Source: Squalus acanthias
Taxonomy: Eukaryota
Direction of reading: 5' to 3'
DNA length: 64,000 bases
NCBI GenBank assembly: GCA_030390025.1
Contig: CM059438.1
Location: forward strand, 68,760,001 to 68,824,000
In this document: positions 12,938-25,370 of the stretch, one piece after another
Layout of the letters: each line of letters begins with the position of its first letter
How positions within the stretch are numbered: the stretch's first letter is position 1
Program-made: the position numbers and the translations under genes
The notes under the pieces: model-generated
Database searches by the model: none
The model's input: only the letters and a program-made list of their open reading frames with translations
What the model was told of the DNA's origin: nothing

Positions 12938-13329
12938 AAGAGGGAATGCTTCTCTAATGATTCTGTGTTGAAATTCAATGCGCTTTGTCGTACTGACTAT
13001 TGCTTTAGATGATGATTCATGGTACTATGCCATTCAGAGCAGGAAGGTCCCAGACTTGAGGCCTCGTCTATGCTTATTCAGTTAACCTCAGCCAGGAAAG
13101 TGTTAGGAACGCTGCAGGTGGTGTCAGCACCACCAGGTCAAGGAGGTTGAAAATCATCTGGGGTCTCTGCCTTTGATCAGCAGTCAGTAACTCTTGAAGA
13201 ATGATGCCTCCATGAGGACAACCTGATGAGGATAGGATCAGGCTCAGCTGTCATAACCTCCACAGCTCAATAGCCTGCTGACATTCACTGTGCAAGGTCA
13301 GTTGTCAGTTAGAATGTTTCCTACACCCT

Positions 13330-14015
13330 TCAGATTGAGATGCTTTTTTGCACTGTAACTTGTGGGAAGTGCGAGCTGATAACGGAGCGAGGGCAAAGGA
13401 GCATCTGGGATCTAAGTGAACGGCAGGATCGAACAGTGTTATCTCCTTAACCATTGAGCTTTAAGAATTGAGAAAGAAACAGAGGAACAACGGAAAAGTA
13501 AGGCGAATTAGAGTCACATCTGGTACCGAGAGAGAAAAAAAGAGAGGGAATGAAAGACTGGATTAAGAGAGAGAGAGAAAAAAACAGCAGAAAGGAAAAG
13601 TAAGAAAATCATCTTTAAAATTTGAAAATTTGCTATTTTAAAAATCTCTAAACATAATTTATTATATGCAGAATGAGACTGAACAGTTTAAATTCTTCCC
13701 TTTCTGGGACAGAGATTGTTTGATATTGCATTAACAATTATCATGTTGTTAAAAAGGTACATGCGCTCTTACCAGCCCTAACTTGTGGCGCAATAAATGT
13801 GCAAATCCAACATGATCTTAAAATAACGGGGAGGCTAAGGAAAAGATACTGTTTGTGCAAAGCAACCAGCAGAGTGCCGTAAATCGACCAGCAAGTTCTG
13901 GAGATTTGCACCTCACGTAATATCTCTTAATTTGCTGAACTTGCCAGCTGATTTGCGCATTAATAATGATGTGCATCGTTAAGATGCCAAATATTAATTT
14001 GACCCAATTTTTTTC
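13330..14015. mobile_element. Non-autonomous DNA-transposon-like repeat; related copies at about 40790-41420 (same orientation) and 53298-53560 (inverted, partial)
   Basis: Shared sequence TATCTCCTTAACCA(T/A)TGAG…GATTGA(G/C)AAAGAA…CAGAGGAAC and ACCAGCCCTAACTT(G/T). Ends are not resolved. Confidence 0.6.
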
Positions 14016-14082
14016 AATCAAATAATTGATAAAAAGTAAGAGGTGGTTTTAATTTTATATTGCTGCATGAAAGGAAAAAGGT

Positions 14083-14520
14083 GGCAGAGTGAATTAGGCT
14101 CCTTTCAGCTGTGAGACCTGAATTTGAATCCTGCCCAGACTAATGATATAAAAGTTTCTTTATATTGCCAGCTATAATCATTCCAAGTGAGAGGAGCTGA
14201 GACACTCTCAACCAGGTTCCCAGTGGGCTCATGTCCGCAACACAAAAGCGCCATAACTTCTGCACAAATTGGAACTAAATTGGCAATCTCATTCAAAGAG
14301 ACCATTAGGATGGTTTATGTGACATATGAAAGTGCTGTTAGGGCTGCTCTTCTGAGATCTTGGGTTAGGCTATGCTTTTGAAGCCAGGTGGAAGAAGCTT
14401 TACTCTGCATCTTAATCATCCAATGATTGACCTGGAGGGCTTGATGCTGACATTTAACAAAAGACCTGGAAAAGTGTTTAATTCCTGACAACCTTCACCT
14501 TTTTGAACACAAACATAAAT
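14083..14520 (+). mobile_element. LF-SINE-like element
   Basis: GGCTCCTTTCAGCTGTGAGACCTGAATTTGAATCCTGCCCAG and GTTCCCAGTGGGCTCATGTCCGCAACACAAAAGCGCC…ACAAATTGGAACTAAATTGGCA resemble the LF-SINE consensus as I recall it. Confidence 0.6.
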
Positions 14521-15106
14521 CACAAGACATTTCTAACATTCAAGAATGTAAAGAATAATCATTTAGAACAGAAATAAATATTAATGACAATTTAAATAAT
14601 AAAATCGCACAGAACTGGAAAGTGAAAAGTAGACAAAGGAATTGAATGCATCCCTTACTAATATTGCACAGTGCAAATTAAGGCATTTGATTTTTTTCTT
14701 TAGGTTGATCGGTGAGGTATTATTAGGGGGCTGTCCTTCAGTGATGAAGTTGATGAAGCATTTGTCACTTTGGTGTCATTTTAGCACCAAACCATATGCG
14801 TGTGTCTGTATAGCATCAAAATGTGTTATATTCTGTTCTAGAAACATGGATTTAAACTGGTGCCAGAGTCTTGCAGTGCCACTGTGCTCCCATTGCCTGC
14901 TAACAGCAGTTGTGTGTGCTGAGAGTTAGAGTAAATCCCTCTGTTGTGTAAGACACATCGGCTATTTAAAGTCAATCATAGTTTTCTTCAATAACCTTCT
15001 GAAAAGAAGAGATTTTAATGAGACTACAAGCTAGACTATAGTTATTCCAGCAGCAGGAAAAGTGTTTATGAAAGATAACACATTCTCATCAATTAAATGT
15101 TACTAC

Positions 15107-15420
15107 AACAACAACAACTTGCATTTATACAGTGCCTTTAACGTCCCAAGGTGCTTCACAGAAGCAAAGATTTGACATCGAGCCACATAATGAGATATTA
15201 GGAGTGATGACCAAAATCTTAGTCGAAGAGGTAGGTTTTAAGGAGCATCTTAAAGGAGGAAAGAGAGGCAGAGAGGCAGAGGGGTTTAGGGAGGGAATTC
15301 CAGAGCTTAGGGACTTGGCAGCTGAAGGCACGACCACCAATGCCGGAGCGACTAAAACCGGGGATGCTCAAGAGGCCTGAATTGTAGGGCTGGAGGAGGT
15401 TACAGAGATAGGGAGGGAAG
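15107..15420 (-). mobile_element. L2 LINE 3' end
   Basis: (CAA)n tail and CTTGCATTTATACAGTGCCTTT terminus. Similar to 42545-42897 and the reverse complement of 62800-62997. Confidence 0.7.
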
Positions 15421-15439
15421 GTTCAAAAGAAGTAGGCCC

Positions 15440-15575
15440 TATATATATACACGCATTTATATACGCACATTTTTATATATATATATATATAGCACCTTTG
15501 TGTATGTGTATATATATATATATATATATGTATACATACATACATATACACGCAGATATATATACAGATGCACAC
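15440..15575. repeat. (TA)/(CA)-rich microsatellite
   Basis: Directly visible. Confidence 0.9.
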
Positions 15576-15959
15576 TCAAAACTGAACTTAGTATTTGAAC
15601 TTAAACAATATAAGAGATACCAGAACATAATTTCAACAATGCCACCTGATCTGAGGGTTCAGATGAAGGTTAACAACTGTCTGAGCTTCACTGCTCTGGT
15701 TTGTGACATCTTCTGGGCCCTTTGAATGGATTCGAGTTTTGTAATCATTTCCAGGTGTTTCTTAGTCTGGAAGTAATTGAAAATGTTAAACATGCAGAGA
15801 AAAATCAAATGGTGCAATTCAGCAATTAGCTAGTCAGTTGTAATATTTGTAGTAATAGATTTAATTACAAGGTAAGTAAATTAATAGTTAATGTTTCTGA
15901 AAAGACTATAATACACATTTTAGCTGGATAGAGACTATACATATCTGTTTTTATATTAT

Positions 15960-16525
15960 AGTAAACCTTTATAAATCTCTGGTTAGGCCTCAGATAGAGT
16001 ATTGTGTCCAATCTGGGCACCACACTTTACAAAGGATGTCAAGGCCTTGTCGAGGGTGCAGAGGAAATTTACTGGAATGGTGCCACGGTTGAGGGTCATC
16101 AGTTATGTGGAGAGACTGGAGAAGCTGGGATTGTTCTCATTAGAACAGAAAAAGTTATGGGGAGATTTAATAGAGGTGTTCAAATTTGAGGGGTTTTGAT
16201 ATAGTAGACAGGGAGAAATTGTTTCCACTGCCAGGAGGGTTGGTAACCAGAGGAAACAGATTTAAGATAATTGGCAAAAAATCCAGGTGTAAAATGAGGA
16301 AAAAAAATTACGCAGTGAGTTGTTATGATCTGGAACGCACTACCCGAAAGGGTGGTAGAAGCAGATACAATAGGACGTTTCAAAAGGGAATTGGATAAAT
16401 ACTTGAAAAGGAGAAACTTACAGGGCTATGGGGAAAGAGCAAGGGAGTGGAACTAATTATATAGCTCTTTCAAAGATGCATGATGGGCCGAATGGCTTTT
16501 TTCTGTGCTGTAAGATTCTATGATA
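15960..16525 (+). mobile_element. CR1 LINE 3' fragment
   Basis: YKSLVRPQIEYCVQ…WAPHFTKDVKAL…LGLFSLEQ, plus 3' UTR and ATTCTATG tail. Confidence 0.9.
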
Positions 16526-17297
16526 TTGTTTAGTTCAGATTCCGGGAGAATGGTGTCTGTGAACTGGCACCCAACATCCACACAACTAAACAGAACTCTC
16601 AGCAGCAGACAATTAGTCCCAATTTGTTGTTGGTCTGTAATTCCGCCAACATGATAAGGAGCCATATTTAGTCTTTTAGTAAATGTGGGGGCTGGCTCGC
16701 TGATGCCTATCTCCCAGAATCCAAACTAAACTAGTGCCAGTGTAAAAGCAGCTCCTAATATCTGCACATACATAATGAGAACGGGGCCTAATTCAGCAAT
16801 GCAGTGGATAATTTCTGTTGCCAATTTATCTTGAGGTAGTGTTGCTGCTGTGACGTTTACTGTTTAAGTTTAGTTGGTGCATCAGCTGATGCGGTTTTCC
16901 TGCAGAGCAGTTAAACTGCACAGCTTTGACTTTGCATTCATGTAAACTGTATTGTGTAATTCAGGAATAACATCACCCAAAGTGCCACTGATGCAATCAT
17001 AGTCAGAACGATGCCTGGGAACAAAATGCAGGGCCCTCTGGAATGGTTTCCGCACATGCATGCAGGGAGCCCACCAGTCACCAAAGATGGCGGAGCAAGT
17101 CTCTGTCCTCTGCCTCTTCCTGTTCACCTGCCTGCCTGAGACAGCCTCTCCCTGCCTGTAAAGATATTGGTCAAGGAATTTCATCCCGGTTGCTGCTTTG
17201 TGCTGCTGAGAAATGCATTTTGGCAACAATTGGTTAACCACCCAACGGAGGGACTCTCACGCTGCTTTGGGACTGCACCGACTGCAGTATAACTGCT

Positions 17298-17785
17298 ATA
17301 GAATCATAGAATGGTTACAGCACGGAAGAAGGCCATTCGGCCAGTCGAGCCCGTGCCGGCTCTCTACAAGAACACTTCAGCTAGTCCCACTACCCCCTGT
17401 AGCCTTGCAAATTTTTTTTCCTTCAGGTACTTATCCCACTCCCTTTTGAAAGCTGTAATTAAGTCTGCCTCCACCACCCTTTCAGGCAGTGCATTCGAGA
17501 TCCTAACCACTCGCTGAGTAAAAAAGTTTTTCCTCATGTCGCCTTTGGTTCTTCTGCCAATCACCTTAAATCTGTGTCCTCTGGTTCTCGACCCTTCTGC
17601 CAAAGGGAACAGTTTCTCTCTATCTTCTCTGTCCAGACCCCTCATGATTTTGAACAACTCTATCAAATCTCCTCTCAATCTTCTCTGCTCTGAGGAGAAC
17701 AACCCCAGCTTCTGCAGTCTATCAACGACACTGAAGTCCCTCATCCCTGGAACCATTCTCGTAAATCGTTTCTGCACCTTGTCTA
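17298..17785 (-). mobile_element. CR1 LINE 3' fragment
   Basis: ORF 17364-17777 QKRFTRMVPG…RTRGHRFKV. (ATAGAATC)n tail at 17298. Confidence 0.95.
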
Positions 17786-20700
17786 ACGCCTATTCGATGC
17801 GAACCGAAGCTTTAAGAAGTTCCCTGGCGTCCCAGTGCGTTTCAAAGCTTTCATTTAATGTCGGCAGAGAGCCAGCTGGTAAAAGCGCCCCCTTTACCGG
17901 AGAGTAAGGCAGGAGCCGTCGCTGTAACCCGGGTGGGCCGGCTCTGTGTCACCCTCAGCGGCTGCGCATAACATAACAACACCTGACATCGCTGAGATGT
18001 GACTTCTCATCTGCAAATTCACTCGCTGCTGTTTTTAAGGAGGATTTACACACACTCTTTCCAATGTGTTAGCATACAAAAATCATACCTAGCAGTAAAA
18101 AGTAATGTAGTGAAAAAAATGTTGCTGAACTCCAGTTGCCCTTTCAATCAATATGAAATGTGATAATGTACAAGTAAAAAGGTATGCTTTATTGGAGTAG
18201 AGAAAATCAAAACTCTATGTCATGTGTCATTATTCTTTTAGTTAAAAGAAGCACTTCACGGGGAAAGGGTTGAATACTAATCATATCAAACTAAATGCTG
18301 TCATGTTTGCTTATGGAGGATTATTGAGACAGCTCAACAAACAAGGGATGTGCTGATTAAAATCCTTCTCTCTTAAGCTCAACCAGCTTCAGGTTCAGGA
18401 TTAGGTTGACTCTGCTTCCTTGTCGCTGTGTATAATGTAGACTCTGTCAGCACTAATACTTGTGAGATGCCGTCTCCTCCTTTCCAACTATCACCCGCCT
18501 ACAGTTACACGAGAAGTTGTCCTTTCTTGCTGTATGTTTCAAAGGAATTGCTGCACCAATTTCCCTTCTCTAATTTGCTAACTGTTTGTAGTGTCATGTG
18601 CTGAAGCCAGGTAGATGGACGTAAATCAGTTTACTGAGTTCAAATGTCAGCATGAGCCTCCACACAAGTGTTTCTATCACTAATGAGCTGTCAAGGACAA
18701 ATATGTTCCTACCAGTTCCTCCAAATGATGGTTGTAGCCTGTATCGTTTGCAGCAGAGCTTATTAAGGACCTTTCACCCCCACCCACATCTGTATTTTAC
18801 AGCTACATCCGACACATTTACAATTCTTTGAGAAATAGGTCCATGGTGGGAAAGGGTAGAAGGATAAAAATAGATAATGGAAAGCTGCTGCTGAAAATGG
18901 CTGCAGATCTACCACAACCATTTCTTTCATTTCAAGAGTGTGAAGGTTTTCATTGCTTCACAAGGACATGGAGAAAATGTGATGAGAGAGGCCGAAGAAT
19001 TGGAGAAGAACCCAGACCGCCGCCCCTTTATTCGACGAGGGCCTCAGAAGACAAATGATACTTGGAAGATGAGGCCAGTTCTGACAGTGATGGATGTAAT
19101 ACCGTCAACACCGGCAGAACCAGAAAAGGCGAGGACTGCCGAATATAAAAGAAAAGTGCTGTGCGCCTCAGATGTTTCACAAGGCATCCGGCTCAAAGAC
19201 TGGGTGTAATGGCGATGGGTCAGAGAGGACAGAGGAAGCTGTTGGCATAGTGGTCAGGGCTCAGTGGCTGTTGTGATCAATCAAGTGGAATATAAGAAGC
19301 CCAACATATCAGCTTCAGTTCTCTGTCATGTTAATAGGACCATTGTGATGCGTGTTATTAATGGGAGACGAGAGTTTTGTTCAAGGGAAGTTGCCTAAAA
19401 CAATGTGAAATATGACTATTGCAAACATCAAAAACAGTTTCAACAGCAATAACCCGAAAGTATTGCTTGCAATACTTATGAATAAATATCAGTGAAGAAA
19501 AGGAATGCAAATATTTTTATAAATACTGCTTCAGTAAATGACAATGTATAATTCATTGCGACACTTCAACAGAAACTAATTTTTGCTGAAAGAGGTAAAT
19601 GTAATAAATCACTCTGTTTTTCTTAGGGCAAATCCAATTAGCATTGTAGCTGACTATCAACTGACATCACACAAGAGTGCACAGATGATGAATATTGGTC
19701 GGGGCTTCATTCAGCAGCAACTTTAACGGGAGAATCAGCACTTGAGAGAAAATTGAGAAATACGTCCTTTGCCATCTGAAGCTTTACGGAGAGAGGGGAT
19801 GTTGAGCGGAAGCATGTGATTTACATCCAAACTAATGTGAATAACACAGGGAACACAGATCATTTAGGGTTGTTTTCTCACAAGTGCAGCTGAAGAATGG
19901 ATGTTATAATATCTCAGAGGCCACTGTGTGTCTTAATTAGTGTTGGATACAGCTGGGAAAGAATTACTTAAATATATCCTCTATGTTCAACTTTTGGGTG
20001 TTAAGATGTTGGTCACAATGTAGAATGTAGATTATTGCAGCATGTGGTAGCTACTGCACCACCTCACTTTAAACGTCATGTTGCAGGTCACTTTCCTGTA
20101 GTTCTGTCAGATGGTCTGTGTGTTGTTACCCTATCATTTAGAATCAATCATTTTTCTTCAACACCGATGGCCATATCTGCACATAGATACATAGAACAGT
20201 ACAGCACAGTACAGGCCCTTCAGCCCTCGATGTTGTGCCGAGCATTGTCCGAAACCAAGATCAAGCTATCCCACTCCCTATCATTCTGGTGTGCTCCATG
20301 TGCTTATCCAATAACCGCTTGAAAGTTCCTAAAGTGTCCGACTCCACTATCACAGCAGGCAGTCCATTCCACACCCCAACCACTCTCTGAGTAAAGAATC
20401 TACCTCGGACATCCCTTCTATATCTCCCCCCATGCACCTTATAGTTATGCCCCCTTGTAACAGCTACCTCCACCCGAGGAAATAGTCTCTGAACATCCAC
20501 TCTATCTATCCCCCTCATCATCTTATAAACCTCTATTAAGTCGCCTCTCATCCTCCTCCGCTCTAAAGAGAAAAGCCCTAACTCCCTCAATCTTTCCTCA
20601 TAAGACCTCCCCCCCAAACCAGGCAGCATCCTGGTAAATCTCCTTTGCACTCTTTCCAATGCTTCCACGTCCTTCCTATAGTGAGGTGACCAGAACTGCA

Positions 20701-21240
20701 CACAATATTCCAAATGTGGTCTCACCAAGGTCCTGTACAGTTGTAGCATAACCTCACGGTTCTTAAACTCAAACCCCTTGTTAATAAACGCTAACACACT
20801 ATAGGCCTTCTTTACTGCTCTATCCACTTGAGTGCCAACCTTCAGAGATCTGTGGATATGAACCCCCAGATCCCTCAGTTCCTCCACGTTCCTCAGAACC
20901 CTGCCGTTGACCCTGTAATCCTTATTCAAATTTGCCCTACCAAAATGAATCACCTCGCACTTATCAGGGTTAAATTCCATCTGCCATTTTTCGGCCCAGC
21001 TCTGTATCCTATCAATGTCTCTTTGCAGCCTACAACAGCCCTCCACCTCATCCACTACTCCACCAATCTTGGTGTCATCAGCAAATTTACTGATCCACCC
21101 TTCAGTCCCCTCCTCCAAGTCATTGATAAAAATCACAAACAGCAGAGGACCCAGCACCGACCCCTGTGGCACACCGCTGGTAACTGGTCTCCAGTCCGAA
21201 AATTTTCCATCCACCACCACCCTCTGCCTTCTATGAGATA

Positions 21241-21416
21241 TGAGAGGTCGCACAACACCAGGTTATAGTCCAACAGTTTTATTTGAAATCACAAGCTTTC
21301 GGAGCTATCGATTTGCTCCTTCCTTCACCTGAGGAAGGAGCAAATCGATAGCTCCGAAAGCTTGTGATTTCAAATAAAACTGTTGGACTATAACCTGGTG
21401 TTGTGCGACCTCTCAA
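21241..21416. mobile_element. Perfect palindromic insertion, probably a Penelope-like element (inverted pseudo-LTR) derivative
   Basis: Arms 21241-21324 and 21332-21415 are exact 84-bp reverse complements with a 7-nt loop TCACCTG. The 12-bp TSD TTCTATGAGATA lies at 21229-21240 and 21417-21428. A hammerhead core lies inside. Confidence 0.8.
21325..21367 (+). ncRNA. Minimal type I hammerhead ribozyme motif
   Basis: Layout: stem I TCAC, CTGAGGA core, extra A, stem II GGAGC/GCTCC (loop AAATCGATA), GAAA, GC, TT (predicted cleavage after 21363), then GTGA pairing with TCAC. Confidence 0.65.
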
Positions 21417-21614
21417 TTCTATGAGATAGCCAGTTACTTATCCAATCGGCCAAATTTCCCTCTATCCCACAACTCCTTACTTTCTTCATGAGCCGACCAT
21501 GGGGAACCTTATCAAACGCCTTACTAAAATCAATGTATACGACATCAACTGCTCTACCTTCATCTACACACTTAGTTACCTCCTCAAAGAATTCAATCAA
21601 ATTTGTTAGGCAAG

Positions 21615-22411
21615 AGCAGCATTAAACGGAGTGCACTTGAGTGTTTATTTGTGAATTTGGAAAGAATGGGAATTCAGAGAAGAGGGGGAAGGAGTTGATG
21701 CTTTTTGCCGACACTACTTGTGGTACTTTGTGTTACAGGTAGATATTTCATTTCAATACCCATAACTTAATCTAGATGGAGTAAGTAGTCAAGAAACTAA
21801 ACTTTAAACTAAGTTATTTAAATTCAAATGTAATTAAATGTAATTAAATAGAACAAGGTCATATAGGGATGGCAGTGCAGGTGGTGTGCCACAGCTGCAA
21901 CATATGGGAGTTTGTGGAGAGCATTGTGATCCCGGACAACCACGTTTGCAGTAAGTGCCTGCATCTTGAGGAACTTCAGCTCAGAGTTTTTCAGCTGGAG
22001 TCTGAGATGCAGACATTGCGGGGCATCAGGGATGGGGAGAGTTACCCGGACACTTTGATCCAGGAGGCAGTCACACCCCTTAGGTTAGGTAGTGGTACAG
22101 GTCTGGTTAGTGGTCAGGGACAGGAGGGTGTGACTGCAACTCAGGCAGGTAAGGGAACCCCAGGTGCAGTGCTGGAGGAGCCTCGACATTTGTCCTTATC
22201 CAACAGGTATGAGGTTCTTGCTGCCTGTGTGGATGAGGGAAAAGCCTGCAGGGTGGATGAGCAAGCTGACCATGGCACCATGGTGCAGGAGGCCATTCAA
22301 GTGGGGGGAGTGAAAGGGAATGTATTTGTGGTAGGGGACAGTATAGTCAGAGGGATAGATACTGTTCTCTGCAGACGCGACCGGGAGTTCCGAATGTTGT
22401 GTTGCCTGCCT
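21615..22411 (+). mobile_element. CR1 5' UTR and ORF1 N-terminal part (copy D)
   Basis: ORF from 21869 has CxxC…CxxC (CHSC, CSKC), a heptad/coiled-coil stretch, LSNRYEVL, and the esterase-like VVGDSIVRG…CCLPG typical of CR1 ORF1p. Confidence 0.85.
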
Positions 22412-23762
22412 GGAGAATATAGGCCTAGTCTACTCAATCTTTCCTCATAGGACAATCCCCCCATCCCAGGAACCAGCCTGGTGAACCTTTGTTGCACTCC
22501 CTCTATGGCAAGTATATCCTTCCTTAGGTAAGGAGACCAAAACTGTACACAATACTCCAGGTGTCATCTCACCAGGGCCCTATAAATTTGCAGTATTCTG
22601 CCTTAAGGAATGTATATTTGTTGTAAATTATGTATTAATTCTTTAAATGCTAGCCATTGCTTGTCTACCGTCATACCTTTTAATGTAGTTTCCCAATCTA
22701 CCTTAGCCAACTCGCCCCTCATACCTACGTAGTTTGCTTTGTTTAGATTTAAGACCCTAGTTTTGGATTTAACTAAGTCACTTTCAAACTCAATATAAAA
22801 TTCTCTCATATTATGGTCACTCTTCTCTAAAGGCCCCTTTACTACAAGGTTATTAATTAACCCTTTGTCGTTGCACAATACTAGATCTAAAATAGCCTGT
22901 TCCCTCGTTGGTTCCTCTACATACTGATCTACAAAACTATCTTGCATACATTCCATGAATTCATCCTCCACCCTATTACTGCAAATTTGGTTTGCCCAGA
23001 CTATATGTAGATTAAAGTCCCCCATGATTACAGAATTACCCTTGTTACATGCCCCTCTAATTTCCTGGTTTATACTCTGCCCTACATTACAACTACTTTT
23101 TGGGGGCCAATAAACAACTCCCACCAATGTTTTCTGCCCCTTGCTGTTTCTTAGCTCCACCCAAACGGATTCTACTTCTTGATTTTCGGAGCGAAGATCC
23201 TTTCTCTCTACTGTCTTTATCCCATCCTTTATTATTAGGACTACCCCCCCTCCTTTTCCATTTTGCCTATCTCTTTTAAAAGTTAAGTATCCTGGAATAT
23301 TTAGTTCCCAACCTTGGCCACTTTGCAATCACTTCTCCGTTATGGCTATTAGATCAAACCTGTTCATTTATATCTGCGCTATTAATTCATCTATTTTATT
23401 GTGAATGCTTCGCGCATTTAGTTATAGTGCCTTTAGCTTTGACTTTCCTCTATTTTTCCCTGATGTCACCTTAGTCACTGATGCCTTATTAACTTTATTA
23501 CTCTCTCTGTCCCTTCCTGACCCACTCTGCTTATTTTTACCCAAAACTCTGCTCTAAAGCCTTGACATTTCTCTCGCTGCTTTTAAATTTACTCTTTCCT
23601 GAATCCTCCCACCCACCCCCCCCCCCCCTTCATTAGTTTAAAGCCCTGTCTACTGCTCTAGTTATTCGGTTCGCCAGGACACTGGTCCTAGCCTGGTTTA
23701 AATGGAGCCCATCCCAACGGAACAGCTCCCTCTTTCCCCAGTGCTGGTGCCAGTGCCCCATG
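22412..23762 (-). mobile_element. Inverted CR1 segment: ORF1 C-terminus (23633-23762), APE endonuclease (about 22600-23420) and an RT C-terminal fragment (22412-22597)
   Basis: WDGLHLNQ…RALN* ends ORF1. GGGVVLII, IMGDFN, AILDLVL and SDHNM are APE motifs. HLEYCVQFWSPYLRKD…LGLYS is the RT C-terminus. A (TTATGTTC)n CR1 tail follows on + at about 23765-23781. Confidence 0.85.
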
Positions 23763-25370
23763 AACTTATGTTCTTATGTTCATATCTTCTGAGGCCGCCA
23801 TTCATTGGAATGCAACAGTGTCCATTTTCCTCAAGCGAGAGAAAGCACTTCTTAAATGATGTAAAAATAATGGGTGGTCAGTGATGAATTGGAGGTTGAT
23901 GTGGGTTCCCCAATTGCTTCTGGTCTTTGACATGCACCCACCTCAACTTCTCTCATGCACATCTTGGATCACAGCTAACTCAAGTACATACACACACACG
24001 CACATACACCCGTGCGCGCGTCAGAAGTTTCAAAACCGAATTACAATATTTGATAATAGGGCTTTCTGATTGGTTGGATGTTATGTCTTCAAGCTTTATT
24101 GAGGACCGTCCCAACTGAGGATACCCTGAGGTCACAGTATCTGATAGAATGTGTTTTTAGCCAAATGCCCCTTCGGTAAGCAATGTTAATTGGCTGTTCT
24201 TTCCTGCTGTTTGATCCCAGGCAATGATTCTGAAACTGCTAAAGACCAAAAAAAAAATCAATCGATAAGGCTCAAACTCAATCTTAGATTGTGACCTAAC
24301 AGGGATGTACTGCACCAGGGAGCTGAAGGCTCATTCAGATTTGCCTACCTTGCCTGCTTTCAGTTGTTTTTTTTTAAAACCTGTACAGAAACAGGAAGGA
24401 TACAAATCCTCAGCTTGGACCTAGCTCAAGCTGGTCTGTATTTTAATTATAACAGCTATGGAATTTGAAAAGTTGAGGGCTGAAATTTATCCATCTGTTG
24501 CTGAATCCAGTGCCTCTTGGACATTAGATTACCCTGTAAGTCACTTTTTACTTAGGATGAATATAAGAAACTAAGGGATGTATCGAGACAGTCACATTGC
24601 TTTGCTAGTTTGCAAGATACTGAAAGAGCACAGTCTAAGTGTGCCACAAATATTGAGGTGCTGGCAGTTCCCAGAAATCAGGAAGTGGTTTTACAGCTTC
24701 AATGATTCTTAAGGGGTTACTCGTTGCCTTTAAATGGGAGGCAGCTGCAACTTTAAAAAAAAACTGTCAGAATCAAGGCACAGAGGCAAAGCTGTTTCAG
24801 AGGTAGTTGTGCAGGAGATGCATCTTTTGACTAAGCTGAGGGCCACCCTCAGCCCAGGGGTCTTCCAGAGCCGCTCAGATGGAGGTCACAGAGTCACTGA
24901 ATGTGGCTCCAACCGGGACCAGGTGAGGAGGAAGTTTGCTGGTCTACGCTGGGCGGCCGAGGTAAGTCCGCTCATGCTGTGCACAATGTATCAGCTTTGT
25001 CTTACAAGCCATCTTGCCAGCACTTCAATGGAAGTGTGGCACAGCTCCGCACAAAAACAATGCCCAGCTCTCCAGCAACTGTTCATCTACTTTCCAAATG
25101 TGTAGGCATGCCCTTGTTCCATGAGGGTACTCCCCATTACTGCCATCACAAAGCATTTGCTCTGTTTCCCATGAAAAGTGACAGCAAACACCAGCATGCT
25201 GTCCACGCAAGGTACCTGCATGCTGCCTTTTGAAACATTAACATAAGGTGGCTTCTGTCCTCAGAACTTGGGCCACAAGCATCTTCCCTCATACTCCTTA
25301 TTCCAATACTTGTCCCTGTTCGCAGGAGTAGGGTGCACATAACCTGCACCAAAGAATGCAGACAGGAGGG

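Larger units (their letters stand above)
20181..21614 (-). mobile_element. CR1 LINE (copy C), 5'-truncated RT region, interrupted by a palindromic insertion at 21241-21416
   Basis: ORFs 21388-21600 and 20261-21253 join as WISNWLSH|RRQRVVVDG once the insert and one TSD copy are removed. FADD motif and tail at 20181. Confidence 0.95.

Noticed and set aside
17087..17161. Signal-peptide-like start MAEQVSVLCLFLFTCLP
   Set aside because: It stops after 24 codons with no convincing splice donor.
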